A stretch of DNA of 60,919 bases from Candidatus Sigynarchaeum calidifontis (lineage in GTDB: Archaea; Asgardarchaeota; Lokiarchaeia; Sigyniarchaeales; Sigyniarchaeaceae), in contig JAUQYZ020000258.1 of assembly GCA_030587475.2 (NCBI GenBank), forward strand, positions 1 through 60,919. Direction: 5' to 3'. Below, piece by piece: positions 1 through 10,330 of the stretch. The translations under genes and the position numbers were made by a program. The notes below the pieces were generated by a model, which was not told the DNA's origin, ran no database searches, and saw nothing but the letters and a program-made list of their open reading frames with translations. Position 1 is the first letter of the stretch. Every line of letters starts with the position of its first letter.

Positions 1-456
1 CGCTATCATCGAATCATCATTATGTGCGATGCGGATGTCGATGGGAGTCATATAGAGACGTTGTTACTCACGTTTTTCTTCCGATACGCAAAGAAACTCA
101 TCGAACACGGTCACATCTACATTGCAATGCCCCCGCTCTTCAAGGTCTCCTATAAGAAGGACAACCATTACTTGTTTTCCGAGGCGGAACTGCGAAAGGT
201 ACTCGATGATTATAAAAATCAAGGCGTTGAAGCGGACAAGATCAAGGTGCAGCGGTACAAGGGTCTCGGGGAGATGAACCCTGAACAGTTGTGGGAAACG
301 ACCATGGATCCTGCGAACAGGAAGATCAAAAAGATCGAAATCGCCGATGCAATCGAGGCCGAAAAATCATTTTCTACGTTGATGGGCGAGGAGGTTCTTC
401 CCCGCAAGCAATGGATCATCCAGAATGCAAAGAACGTTGGTTTCCTGGACATTTAA
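1..456 (+). CDS. gyrB: DNA gyrase subunit B, C-terminal part (5' truncated by window edge)
   Basis: Frame open from base 1 ([24 protein letters not shown] motif); [21 protein letters not shown]; directly upstream of gyrA. Confidence 0.97.
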   Translation, partial: RYHRIIIMCDADVDGSHIETLLLTFFFRYAKKLIEHGHIYIAMPPLFKVSYKKDNHYLFSEAELRKVLDDYKNQGVEADKIKVQRYKGLGEMNPEQLWETTMDPANRKIKKIEIADAIEAEKSFSTLMGEEVLPRKQWIIQNAKNVGFLDI

Positions 457-486
457 TTCAACTTGTAATTGGAGAACGGGCTATCC

Positions 487-2979
487 ATGACCGAAGATAA
501 TGACCAACAAGATGGCTTCGCGCTTCAAAATCCCGCCAACATCCTTACGAAAGGGATCAAGAACGAGATCGAGACAGCTTATCTCAACTATTCTATGTCG
601 GTCATCGTCGGCCGCGCCCTTCCCGACATCCGCGACGGTCTCAAGCCCGTTCACCGCCGCATCTTGTATTCCATGCACGAGATGGGCTTGCGACACAACA
701 CCGCCCATAAAAAAAGTGCTCGCATCGTGGGAGACGTCATAGGCAAGTATCACCCCCACGGGGACCTCGCGGTCTACGACGCGCTCGTTCGTATGGCGCA
801 AGACTTTTCACTGCGGCATCCCTTGATCGACGGGCAAGGAAACTTCGGATCCGTGGATGGTGATCCCCCTGCAGCTTACCGGTACACCGAAGCACGCATG
901 GCGGAGATCACCCAGGAATTGCTAGCCGACATCGACAAGGAAACGGTTCCATTTGACCCGAATTACGATGAAACGCTCCAGGAGCCCCGGTACCTCCCCG
1001 CACGGATCCCCAACCTGCTGATCAACGGCGCGCAAGGCATCGCCGTCGGCATGAGCACGTCGATCCCAACGTACAATCTCGGGGAGGTTCTCGACGCGGT
1101 AATCGCTTTGATAGACAAGGATCTTTCATTGTCCGATCTCATCAATATCATCCCTGGACCCGATTTTCCCACGGGCGCCATCATCATGGGGCAGAAAGGC
1201 ATCAGCGACGCCTATAGAACTGGCAGGGGAAGTATCATCATCCGGGCCAAAGCTGACTTCGAGAACCAAGATGATCGGCAAGCTATCGTGGTAACGGAAA
1301 TTCCATACATGGTCAACAAGGCCGATCTCGTTAGTGACATCGATGCCAAGATAAAGGAGGGAACGATCGAAGACATTTCGCACGTGCGGGATGAATCGGA
1401 CAGGGAGGGTATGCGCATCGTCTTCGAACTCTCCAAAAAAGCAAATTCAAAGACCGTGCTCAACAACCTTTACAAGCACTCGCGGTTACAGACGAGCTTC
1501 CACATCATGAATCTCGTGCTCGTTGACGGCATCCCGAAAGTTCTCGGCATGAAGGAAATGCTTCTAAATTTCATTGCACATCGCGAGGACATCATTCAAA
1601 AGCGCACGGCTTACGAAAAAAAGCAAGCAGAAGCACGCATACACATCGTGGAAGGCTTATTAATCGCCTTGAAAAATATAGATGCGATCGTTAAAATTAT
1701 CAAGGAGAGCGAAAATACCAAGGCTGCTCTTGCACAGTTGGTGAACGATTTCAAGTTGTCCGAGATCCAGGCAACGAAAATACTGGACATGCAATTGAAG
1801 AGCCTCACCAAGCTTGCCGGTAAGGACCTTGAGGACGAGCGGGAATCTCTCGTCGCAGCTATCGAACGGTTCAAAGCGATCCTCGCGTCTAAAGAAGAGA
1901 AAATGAAAGTCATCAAGGAAGAATGCTTACAAATCAAGGAAAAATATAAAAAAAGCATCGTGCGCAGGACCGAGATTAAAATGTCCGAGGAGGAGGCTGT
2001 TGACATTCCTCCTGAAGACCTCATCAAGGAGGAAAACGTGGCGGTCATTCTCACGAAAACGGGATATATCAAGCGCATCCCGGTTTCTCTTTACGAGACC
2101 CAGAATCGTGGCGGGAAGGGCAAGCGTGCCGCATCGCTCAAGCCCGAAGATGTCATCAAGGACGTTTTCATCGTTTCCACGCACGATTACTTGCTCGTGC
2201 TCACGAACATGGGCCGCTTGTACTGGCTCAAGGTGTATGACATCCCAGAAGGATCCCGGGAATCGAAAGGAAAGCCGATAGAGGCATTCGTCTCGCTCAA
2301 GCCGGAAGAGAAATTCAGCACGATCGTGCAAACACGCGACTTCTCCGAGGACTTCTACCTCATCATCGCCACGAAGAATGGCACGATCAAGAAGACCCCC
2401 CTCGACCAGTTCTCGAACGTGCGCGAGTCCGGCATCATCGCCATAAACTTGCGCGAAGGCGACGAGATCGTCGCTGCCAAGATAACGAGTGGTGATCACG
2501 AGATCGTCCTTGGTACCAAGCTCGGGATGGCTAACCGGTTCGCGGAATCCGATGTGCGACCGACCGGCAGGGGAAGCATGGGTGTACGGGGCATAAATTT
2601 GCGCGAAGGCGATCAAGTCATTGGCATGGTGACCGTGGAAGAAGGTGCCAACACTACATTACTCACGGTGACGAAAAAAGGCTACGGCAAGCGCACGAGG
2701 TTCGAGGATTATCGATTAACCAAGCGTGGTAGCCTCGGCGTGAAGAATCTCGACACGAAGCTGCGCGGCGACGAGGTCATATGTATCAAGTGCGTTTCGG
2801 AGAGCGACGAGCTCATGCTCGCGAGCAAGATGGGTAACATGGTGCGGCTCGCCGTCCGCGATATCAAGGTTCTGGGACGAGCGGCAGCAGGTTACATCAT
2901 CATGCGGTTCAAGGATGATGAGGACGAGCTCGTGGCTGTCGATCTCGTTGTTGGTGACGATCAATCGGAGAACGGATAA
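487..2979 (+). CDS. gyrA: DNA gyrase subunit A
   Basis: [22 protein letters not shown], catalytic AAYRYTE, GyrA-box QNRGGKG, C-terminal pinwheel repeats. ATG at 487 preferred over TTG at 469. Confidence 0.97.
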   Translation: MTEDNDQQDGFALQNPANILTKGIKNEIETAYLNYSMSVIVGRALPDIRDGLKPVHRRILYSMHEMGLRHNTAHKKSARIVGDVIGKYHPHGDLAVYDALVRMAQDFSLRHPLIDGQGNFGSVDGDPPAAYRYTEARMAEITQELLADIDKETVPFDPNYDETLQEPRYLPARIPNLLINGAQGIAVGMSTSIPTYNLGEVLDAVIALIDKDLSLSDLINIIPGPDFPTGAIIMGQKGISDAYRTGRGSIIIRAKADFENQDDRQAIVVTEIPYMVNKADLVSDIDAKIKEGTIEDISHVRDESDREGMRIVFELSKKANSKTVLNNLYKHSRLQTSFHIMNLVLVDGIPKVLGMKEMLLNFIAHREDIIQKRTAYEKKQAEARIHIVEGLLIALKNIDAIVKIIKESENTKAALAQLVNDFKLSEIQATKILDMQLKSLTKLAGKDLEDERESLVAAIERFKAILASKEEKMKVIKEECLQIKEKYKKSIVRRTEIKMSEEEAVDIPPEDLIKEENVAVILTKTGYIKRIPVSLYETQNRGGKGKRAASLKPEDVIKDVFIVSTHDYLLVLTNMGRLYWLKVYDIPEGSRESKGKPIEAFVSLKPEEKFSTIVQTRDFSEDFYLIIATKNGTIKKTPLDQFSNVRESGIIAINLREGDEIVAAKITSGDHEIVLGTKLGMANRFAESDVRPTGRGSMGVRGINLREGDQVIGMVTVEEGANTTLLTVTKKGYGKRTRFEDYRLTKRGSLGVKNLDTKLRGDEVICIKCVSESDELMLASKMGNMVRLAVRDIKVLGRAAAGYIIMRFKDDEDELVAVDLVVGDDQSENG

Positions 2980-2980
2980 A

Positions 2981-4297
2981 ATGAATTTCAATAATCCTCT
3001 CGGAATCAAAAACACCCGCAGGCCGTTGCTCGAAGTTTATCCCGGCATTGCGGAGCACGTGCCGTGGATGCCCTTGATGGACGGCGTGCCCACGCCCGTG
3101 CAGAAGCTCGACGCGTTGTCAAAGGAATTCCCGGGCCACGAGATCTACATCAAGAGGGATGACCTTACTTCTTCTATCTACGGCGGCAACAAGCCCCGAA
3201 AATTCGAGTTCATTTTCGCGGACGCGTTCACTAAGAAAAAAAACACGATGGTAACTGCTGGCGGGACAGGTACAAACCATGGACTTGCTTCCGTTTTATT
3301 TTCCAAAGCGCTTGGTTTAAAGTCCAAAGTATACATGTTTAACCAGCCACTTACTTGGAATGTTCAGCGTAAGCTTCTCATGTACGTGCAGCTCGGTGCC
3401 GACATCAAGCTCGTTTCTAATTATGGCGAGCTCGCGTTTCGAGGCCTTGGGGAGCTGTTGTTTCACCCACGAAATTATCTCATGCTTCCCGGGGGTTCTC
3501 CCTTGTTTGGACTGGGCACGGTCGCTGGATGCCTCGGCTTCGTGAATGCCGGCTTCGAGCTTGCCGAACAAGTGAAGGCCGGGGAGATGCCAGAACCTGA
3601 TCATATTTTCATCGCGGCTGGATCAACTGGTTCAGCTTCTGGCTTGATTCTCGGATGCAAGCTCGCGGGTTTGAAGTCCAAGATCTCGGCAGTGATGGTC
3701 TCCGCCAAGCTTATTACGAATCCCGCCTCGATCGAGCGAAATATTCGCAACACGTTGAAGTTCATGCGAAAAGTCGAACCCGAAATTCCGAACATGACCT
3801 TGAAATTTCCAAATGATTTCGCATTCTTCGATAACTACCTTGGTTCTGAGTACGGCTGCGTTACGAAATCTGGCCAGGCTGCGGTCGATCTCGTGAACAA
3901 GCTTGAAGGAAACAAGGGATTTCACCTTGAAACGACCTACACGGGGAAGACTTGTGCGGCCATGATCAATTTTTTAAGATCATTGTCAAGCGATCGAAAG
4001 GCGGTTATCCTCTTGTGGAACACTTACAACTCCCGGGACTTGAGCTTCCTTGTGGGAGACGTGGCTTCTACTTATCCGAAACTACCGAAAGCATTCCATA
4101 AATTTTTTACACAAAAAATGGCTTGCTGGCAGTATCAAGACTGCACTTGTAAAACACCATCAGACTGCCCGGCTTACCAAAGCGAAGAAAACCGCTGCTG
4201 GTTGGTCAAGGAGGCACGCGGTGACGACACGGCCCGGTGCAAAGATTGCAGTACAAGAAAGGAAATCGAGAAGCACATCATTATCGAGGACGTGTAA
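2981..4297 (+). CDS. PLP-dependent D-cysteine desulfhydrase/ACC deaminase family enzyme with C-terminal Cys/Trp-rich domain
   Basis: PTP..L, IKRDDL, YGGNKPRK (PLP Lys), GSTGSASG, ETTYTGK. ATG 1 nt after the gyrA stop. Confidence 0.85.
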   Translation: MNFNNPLGIKNTRRPLLEVYPGIAEHVPWMPLMDGVPTPVQKLDALSKEFPGHEIYIKRDDLTSSIYGGNKPRKFEFIFADAFTKKKNTMVTAGGTGTNHGLASVLFSKALGLKSKVYMFNQPLTWNVQRKLLMYVQLGADIKLVSNYGELAFRGLGELLFHPRNYLMLPGGSPLFGLGTVAGCLGFVNAGFELAEQVKAGEMPEPDHIFIAAGSTGSASGLILGCKLAGLKSKISAVMVSAKLITNPASIERNIRNTLKFMRKVEPEIPNMTLKFPNDFAFFDNYLGSEYGCVTKSGQAAVDLVNKLEGNKGFHLETTYTGKTCAAMINFLRSLSSDRKAVILLWNTYNSRDLSFLVGDVASTYPKLPKAFHKFFTQKMACWQYQDCTCKTPSDCPAYQSEENRCWLVKEARGDDTARCKDCSTRKEIEKHIIIEDV

Positions 4298-4312
4298 TGC
4301 GAGATCGAGCGT

Positions 4313-5131
4313 TCAAGTGCTGAAGAACGTGAAGTAATTGGCCTTGTACAGCTCGTACATCTCCTGCACGATTTCGTCCTTGAATTTTTTTTTCTGGACG
4401 TCCGAATCGCTGCCACCAACCAAGTCGATAAAAAGATTTTTCAAGCAGACAAAATTGTGCTTCTTGTAATAAACCAGGGCTTGATCAAGTATAGTTTTCC
4501 CGAGTTTCGACACGTCATCGATCTTTATGGCAAGGGGATCATAGAGCAAGTTCATGTTCTCGATGTAAAATGTATCAAAAATATCCCTGATGAGGCCCAT
4601 GGTGGCTTCATAATCAGCGATGTTCACATACCCGGTATTTTCTCTAAGCTTAACCGAAAACTTTTTCTCGAAGCTGCGGACGAGTAACAACATGTTGTCT
4701 TCAATGACGGACGACGGTTCCGTGCGGGACACGAGGATAACATTGCAGTATTGGCCGGGAATCGCGATGATATGGTAATTACCGTATACCAGGCGAGAAA
4801 ACTGCTCGTTGAACCCCATCTCCTTGCCAATGTTTTGGATGGCGTGGACGACTCCCGACAAGAAATCCGGGCTCTTGACCGCCACGTCATCCTCGTTTTC
4901 CACGATATAAGAGTACAACAAGATACCGGAATCCTTTCGTGCAACAAGAATGGCACGTAATGCCAGTAAATCTTCAAACTTTTCCGTCAGGTATTCTCTT
5001 GTCCGTCTCTTCACGATTGTCTTCTTTCTCGGATAAACCCAAAACCGGGTAATCAAAAGAATCAAGAAAAACAAGGTCGCGGCCAGGATCGCCGCGATCA
5101 AGACACCCAGAGAAGCATCCTGGAACATCAT
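4313..5131 (-). CDS. Membrane-anchored hypothetical protein with longin/roadblock-like cytoplasmic domain
   Basis: N-terminal hydrophobic helix plus basic stop-transfer patch, then ILVARKDSGILLYSY...FLSGVVHAIQNIGKEM, a longin-like pattern frequent in Asgard proteins. Confidence 0.6.
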   Translation of the reverse strand: MMFQDASLGVLIAAILAATLFFLILLITRFWVYPRKKTIVKRRTREYLTEKFEDLLALRAILVARKDSGILLYSYIVENEDDVAVKSPDFLSGVVHAIQNIGKEMGFNEQFSRLVYGNYHIIAIPGQYCNVILVSRTEPSSVIEDNMLLLVRSFEKKFSVKLRENTGYVNIADYEATMGLIRDIFDTFYIENMNLLYDPLAIKIDDVSKLGKTILDQALVYYKKHNFVCLKNLFIDLVGGSDSDVQKKKFKDEIVQEMYELYKANYFTFFST

Positions 5132-5143
5132 GTCTGTCGCGTT

Positions 5144-5365
5144 CTACCATGGTATAGCTAGATATATCAATTTTATGAGCGCGTGGCGTGAATACTGGCT
5201 GGTTATAGCTCGTTCAAGCCCGTTATTTCTAATGAAATTGAAGAGAGCTTCGTCAACAAGGTGGAAAAGAGCATTACGGCTCGAACTTGGGTGAAATGAA
5301 ATGCAAAGGAGATAATCTTCGATTTGACAATGTATGATTTCATGGGCTTCAAGATGCAGATCCAC
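5144..5365 (-). CDS. Small hypothetical protein
   Basis: 73-aa GTG-start ORF co-oriented with and 12 nt upstream of the TM-longin gene; no recognisable motif. Confidence 0.35.
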   Translation of the reverse strand: MDLHLEAHEIIHCQIEDYLLCISFHPSSSRNALFHLVDEALFNFIRNNGLERAITSQYSRHALIKLIYLAIPW

Positions 5366-5470
5366 GGGAGTCGCCTATTTGATATATTCAAAGCCTACGT
5401 TAAGAAATACGAATAATTTGCAAACAAGTGGATGTGCCGGCTTATAACGGGCCAGATTGATGCCCAGGAA

Positions 5471-5818
5471 TCATTCCCAGTTATTTTTGATGAAATTGAA
5501 AAGCGCGTCGAAGTCTATGGGCTTGAAAAATATCTCGTCGAAACACCCACTTGTTTCGTTGAATGCGGTCATCAAAGCCACCTTGATGCCTTTATACTTG
5601 TTTTTAATCATTTTACAGAGCTCGGTGCCATTCATCACCGGCATTTTCATGTCACTCAACACGATGTGGGGCAAGTCCTTCTCTTCTTTTTTCAAGAGAT
5701 TGAGCGCCTCGACACCGTTCTTGGCCGTGGCGAGCTTGATCGACGGGAATTTCAAGAGCAAGATATCCTCGAGTAATTTAAGGATATCTCCATCGTCATC
5801 GACGATTAAAACCTTCAT
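5471..5818 (-). CDS. Stand-alone response regulator receiver (CheY-like)
   Basis: MKVLIVDDD, phosphoacceptor SDMKMPVMNG, MTA, KP motifs. Confidence 0.92.
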   Translation of the reverse strand: MKVLIVDDDGDILKLLEDILLLKFPSIKLATAKNGVEALNLLKKEEKDLPHIVLSDMKMPVMNGTELCKMIKNKYKGIKVALMTAFNETSGCFDEIFFKPIDFDALFNFIKNNWE

Positions 5819-6014
5819 TTCTTGAACCTTATTTAAGATTGACTCGTATCCCCCGATATTTTCTAGGATTTTTTGATGAGAATGCTAGGTATATTGTGCC
5901 ATTCTCTAATCGTTACATCTTTTATTATCCAACAACTGAACGCAAGATTCTTGTTCGTTATCGACATTTATTTTTAGCAGTTCGGAATATAAAGGTTTAT
6001 GGCGGGGCAACATA

Positions 6015-6692
6015 TCAAGTCCCCAACCATCTTAGCAAGCAGCCGATAGCTTGCAGCTCCGCATCGCGGAGGCTCGCTTTCGACTTGCGCACCACGAGTA
6101 TATCGTGAAAAACAGATAGCTCTGTTTCGAGCACTGGCTTGTTGGTGCAGCTGATCAAGGAACATTCGACCGTGCGGGATTGCCTAGCTTTAAATGCCAT
6201 GGCGAGGCCATCGACGCAGGCCTTGAGGCCGGGAGCGCCTCTCTCGTTCACGAAGATGGCGCGAGGGATTTTACTTTCAACGATCCACTCGATGCAAGCC
6301 GTTATGGTCGTGGCAACCTCATCCTTGCACGTGATCGAGCCGTGATGGACAATCGCGATGCAATCTTTATTTTGCAAGGCTCTTGCAGCACCATTGGCCG
6401 AGCGTGATAATAACACGCGGAATCCCGCTGCCAGCAGCCCTTGGACGAGCCAGGTTCCTCTTTTTCTTGGGTCAAGCGATGGTTTGTCAAGTACGACGAC
6501 GGCGGCAGCGACTTTTCTCTGGAAAGGAGGCTCGAAAGCCCGGTAACCATCTTTTTTTGTCCCGGATTGCTTGAGCCCGTACCGCGTGTCCCACCTGAAA
6601 AAATGGCGCCAAAAGTATGTCAACAACCAGATGATGCACAATATCCCTATAATCATGAAATCAATATCTTCCAGCCGCCATTCAGCGGTCAT
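6015..6692 (-). CDS. Membrane-anchored protein, probable degenerate alpha/beta-hydrolase paralog
   Basis: ATG at 6692 overlaps the upstream TGA; N-terminal TM; segments resemble the upstream hydrolase but there is no GxSxG. Confidence 0.55.
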   Translation of the reverse strand: MTAEWRLEDIDFMIIGILCIIWLLTYFWRHFFRWDTRYGLKQSGTKKDGYRAFEPPFQRKVAAAVVVLDKPSLDPRKRGTWLVQGLLAAGFRVLLSRSANGAARALQNKDCIAIVHHGSITCKDEVATTITACIEWIVESKIPRAIFVNERGAPGLKACVDGLAMAFKARQSRTVECSLISCTNKPVLETELSVFHDILVVRKSKASLRDAELQAIGCLLRWLGT

Positions 6693-7696
6693 TTCGTGTC
6701 CCCTCCCGAGAAGTGGTGGCACGCGAGGCCGATGAGGATCGGTTCCTTCCTGAGCATGAAGTGAGATCCCTTCTTGAAGCTGATTTGATTAGTTTTGGGT
6801 AACTGGAGCCAGCGAACGTTCTCCACGAAATTATCGAACCCGATCATCGTATCGTTCCTTGCATGGCATAAAAACAATTTATCCCGTGCAAGCGCGACGA
6901 CCTTGTCCTTTCCGCCGAGATCACGTGCCAGCGACTCGAAATAATGGACAGGTGAAACTAACTTGTTAGATTCCCGTGATACATACAGCAATTCTCCTTT
7001 GAAAAGATACCTGAACGTTGCAAACGGGTTTAAATAAAGGCGCCAGAGCACGCGCTTTCGCAAGTCTGACCAGGTCGACCATACAAATATCTTGGATACT
7101 CTCTCGTTGTGCAAGCCCGCCTGAATGGACACCATGCCGCCCATGCTCCAACCGAGTAAAAAGACGGGTCGCGCGGTAACGAAGGGATGGTTCGAAAAAT
7201 GATCGATAAGAGCCATCAAATCGGCCACGTGGCCTTTCAAGTCGGTGATTCTGCCACGATTTTTCCCGCGGCCGCGATAATCCCAAGAGAATACTGAAAA
7301 GCCAGCAGCGGCAAGTGCTTGGGCGATGTGGGTGGCGCGAAACTGGTTGTCGTTGAAACCATAGCTGACCAAGATGATGCCCCGACCCTTCCCGAGATGC
7401 TTTGAGAAGGCTGGCTCGTGCATGATCCCGCTAATAGAACGTCCACCCGAGACAGTGATCGTCATGGTTTTAGAATTTACCACGTTGGCATCCACTGGTC
7501 GCCAGCGGTTCCACCAGAACCTTGACACGCTATCCGCGATGAAAAATGACACGTAAACGAGCAAAAAGGTCTGGATCCCGAAGAAAAACGACCTATCATA
7601 GTCGATTCGCCTGGTCAAATTCACGATGATGATGACCACGCCGGCCACGGTGCTGAGGGTTCTCAAGATGAGATACTTGAGCGCGAATCGCCGCAT
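6689..7696 (-). CDS. Membrane-anchored alpha/beta hydrolase
   Basis: Two N-terminal TM helices; YGF oxyanion region, WDYRGRG, nucleophile GWSMGG, Asp in HARND, His in GSH. Confidence 0.85.
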   Translation of the reverse strand: MRRFALKYLILRTLSTVAGVVIIIVNLTRRIDYDRSFFFGIQTFLLVYVSFFIADSVSRFWWNRWRPVDANVVNSKTMTITVSGGRSISGIMHEPAFSKHLGKGRGIILVSYGFNDNQFRATHIAQALAAAGFSVFSWDYRGRGKNRGRITDLKGHVADLMALIDHFSNHPFVTARPVFLLGWSMGGMVSIQAGLHNERVSKIFVWSTWSDLRKRVLWRLYLNPFATFRYLFKGELLYVSRESNKLVSPVHYFESLARDLGGKDKVVALARDKLFLCHARNDTMIGFDNFVENVRWLQLPKTNQISFKKGSHFMLRKEPILIGLACHHFSGGDTK

Positions 7697-7802
7697 CGTG
7701 CTTGTTCTGCCTATCGATGTTTTTAATTTTGCGCCCTTGGAGACACCAGAAACACGGTGATTCTTATGGAAAAACCAGACGACGCGTGTTCAAAGACAAG
7801 AC

Positions 7803-7853
7803 GGCACATGATGAAAAAACTTGTTGATTACAGATAGACTCGTCGCTGATGTT
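7803..7853 (+). ncRNA. Candidate C/D-box sRNA or L7Ae-binding kink-turn element
   Basis: Box C ATGATGA 7808-7814, box D CTGA 7846-7849, closing stem GGCA/TGTT in k-turn register; intergenic. Confidence 0.35.
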
Positions 7854-8058
7854 AACACGCGGCGATATCCTCCCCCGCAAGAACGCGTAAAGGGCGCGCA
7901 CTTTCCCGGCACGGACGAATTGATAAAAGGGATCGAGTACGCGTTAGGCACGATACAGTTCCCGTGATAATAACGGGCACTCGCGTCCCTTGGCTATTTA
8001 AGGTGCCAGCGCGTCGAACCGGAGCTGGCTGGACGAGACAGATGCAGATGCAACGATC

Positions 8059-8922
8059 ATGGTCCGGGAAAAAAGAGACAAGCGTCGTGTATTCGCAACC
8101 TTGCCAGGAATGCACAAGCGGCACGGCGTGTATCTCGTGGGCAAGTGCGAGTGCACGCCGATCGTCTTCGGAGGTGAATTGCTCACGGTCACTTTCGATC
8201 GCGTGGCAGCACACGGCACGGGGATCCTGGTGCACCGGCTCGTGACGCGCGAACTGGTTGCGCATGTGCCATGGGATCGCGGGCTCGGCTGCGCGATCGT
8301 GGTCGACGGGCAAGTCCGCGTGTTCGGTTCCTCCAGCTGGACAACGCGCAACAGCGTTGCCACGGCGGTGCTGTCCCCCGGCTGGAAGCTGGGCGAGACC
8401 GTGGACGTCCTGAACGCGGTCGAGGGACAGAAGATCTTCAACACGTCCGTGGCCCCCTGCCCCGGCGGGTACGTGATGGCCTACGAGGTGGGCGAGCCCG
8501 GCCTCGTGAACTTCTCGATCCGGTTCGCACGGTCGGCGGACCTGGTTCATTGGGAAAGGATTGGCGAGGTTTTTGAGCCGGACGTGTACGCGGCTTGCCC
8601 GACCATCCGGTACCACGATGGCTGGTATTATATCCTGTATTTACGCCATTTCAAGCACTACGTGACATGCATCGCCCGCACGCGTGACCTCGCCACGTTC
8701 GAGCGGTTCGAAGGGAACGCCCGGTGGCCCGCGTCGATCGCCGTGCTGTCGCCGAAGGATTGCCCCCACGAAGGCATCAACAACTCGGACATCGACATGG
8801 TCGAATGGCAAGGCACCGTGCTGTTTACCTACTGCGACGGCGACCAGAAGACGTGGATGAACTTGCGAACGGCCTTGTATCTCGGCACTACTGGGCAATT
8901 TTTCAAAGAATTTTTCCCGTGA
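8059..8922 (+). CDS. Hypothetical beta-propeller glycosidase-like protein
   Basis: Repeated S.DL..W-type blade motifs (RSADLVHW, RTRDLATF), ACPTIRYHDGWYY, NNSDID; in operon with the sialidase. Start uncertain. Confidence 0.6.
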   Translation: MVREKRDKRRVFATLPGMHKRHGVYLVGKCECTPIVFGGELLTVTFDRVAAHGTGILVHRLVTRELVAHVPWDRGLGCAIVVDGQVRVFGSSSWTTRNSVATAVLSPGWKLGETVDVLNAVEGQKIFNTSVAPCPGGYVMAYEVGEPGLVNFSIRFARSADLVHWERIGEVFEPDVYAACPTIRYHDGWYYILYLRHFKHYVTCIARTRDLATFERFEGNARWPASIAVLSPKDCPHEGINNSDIDMVEWQGTVLFTYCDGDQKTWMNLRTALYLGTTGQFFKEFFP

Positions 8923-8932
8923 TGATTGGACA

Positions 8933-10027
8933 ATGAATGAGCATCTGCAAATCGAGAAAATCGACGTTTTCATCGGCGGGCAAGAGGGATTCCCCGTCTA
9001 TCGCATCCCCGCGCTCGCGGTGACAAAAAAGGGGACGATCTTGGCCTTTTGCGAGGGCCGCCAGTCGATCAGCGATGCGTCGCAGAATGCCATCGTGCTC
9101 AAGCGGAGCACGGATGGAGGCAAGACCTGGGAGCCGATGCGAGTCATCGCCAGGATGGGTCGGGATAGCCTCAACAACCCGCAAGTCGTGATCGTGCAAG
9201 AAACCGGGCGCGTGATCTTGTTTTTCCAGCGATATCCCTACCCGTCCAACGAGCGTACCGTCGTGGCAGGGTACACGGTATCACCGCTGAAGCGGCTGTT
9301 GGGTTTTCGCTCCCTGGATTCGTGGAGTATGCACAGCGATGACGACGGTGCCACGTGGAGCACGCCCCACGACATCACGCGCCAGGTGAAGCCGCCAGCA
9401 CCGGCGACATCCCTCGCCAGCGGGCCGGGGATCGGCATCCAGCTCCGGCGCGGGAGTCACGCGGGGCGCCTGCTCATGCCTTTCAACTGCGGGCCGTATG
9501 GCAAGTGGCGCGTGTTCTGCGCGTACAGCGACGATGCTGGCGAGACTTGGCACGCGGGGCAGTTCGCTCCTGAATCCGGGCCCGGGCATGCAAACGAGGT
9601 CCAAGTGGTCGAGCTGGTTGACGGGACCATACTCCTCAATGCCAGGAACCAGCGAGGCGAGAAGCGGCGGAAAATCGCGAGGAGCCGCGACGGCGGGGAG
9701 ACCTGGTGCCCGCTGACCGTGGATGGCACGTTAGTGGATCCCGTGTGCCAGGGTAGCATCATCCGCTATTTAGATCCTTTAGACGGCGACAAAAGCGTGA
9801 TCTTGTTCGCCAACCCGGCATCTGAAACCCGGCGGGAAAACGGCACCGTGCGAGCGAGTTTCGACGAGGGCAAGACATGGCCCATTTCGAGAGTCATCGA
9901 GCCAGGGAAATTCGCATACAATTGTCTCGGGATACTGCCAGGCAAGCGAATCGCGTGCTTGTACGAAACGGGCGACAAAAATGGCTACGAGAAAATCGTG
10001 CTCGCCTCGTTTTTATTGGAATTGTGA
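8933..10027 (+). CDS. Sialidase/neuraminidase family (GH33, BNR Asp-box)
   Basis: YRIP motif; Asp-boxes STDGGKTW, SDDDGATW, SDDAGETW, SRDGGETW, SFDEGKTW; catalytic-type NE and AY. Confidence 0.9.
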   Translation: MNEHLQIEKIDVFIGGQEGFPVYRIPALAVTKKGTILAFCEGRQSISDASQNAIVLKRSTDGGKTWEPMRVIARMGRDSLNNPQVVIVQETGRVILFFQRYPYPSNERTVVAGYTVSPLKRLLGFRSLDSWSMHSDDDGATWSTPHDITRQVKPPAPATSLASGPGIGIQLRRGSHAGRLLMPFNCGPYGKWRVFCAYSDDAGETWHAGQFAPESGPGHANEVQVVELVDGTILLNARNQRGEKRRKIARSRDGGETWCPLTVDGTLVDPVCQGSIIRYLDPLDGDKSVILFANPASETRRENGTVRASFDEGKTWPISRVIEPGKFAYNCLGILPGKRIACLYETGDKNGYEKIVLASFLLEL

Positions 10028-10330
10028 AACGTGCCACGGAGATCAACACGCCGAATCATTGACTAATGCTTCATTTACGTGACAAACCTAATTCCATGTT
10101 CATTTTGGATTCCAATTCTAATTTAGTACTCTATCCGGTTCCCAGATAAGCCATTTGTTAAAAGAAATAGTTATTTATTTTTGGAAGCAAATCTCTTATT
10201 TCAATAGGCGTTATAAACACGTGAAACATGAGCCCCATATCGAGGGAGGAATGAAAACAAGATCACCTGGCTCGTTCGTTCATAGAGAGATCGCGGGTAA
10301 ATCATAAAATCCGTGAATGCGTGAAATTGA

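Noticed and set aside
2020-2950. Repeated sequence blocks in the 3' part of gyrA
   Set aside because: Normal GyrA C-terminal pinwheel repeats.
4313-5818. Three minus-strand ORFs in the same frame, separated by TGA and TAG codons (possible Sec/Pyl read-through)
   Set aside because: TAG and TGA clearly terminate complete proteins elsewhere in the window (TAG: Rab, thioredoxin, cupin, GH2). No SECIS or pyl genes were seen, and shared frame is readily explained by chance.
10251-10307. 18-codon upstream ORF before the Rab-like gene, preceded by GGAGG
   Set aside because: The SD-like motif is only 1 nt from the ATG and the peptide has no features; unsupported without conservation data.
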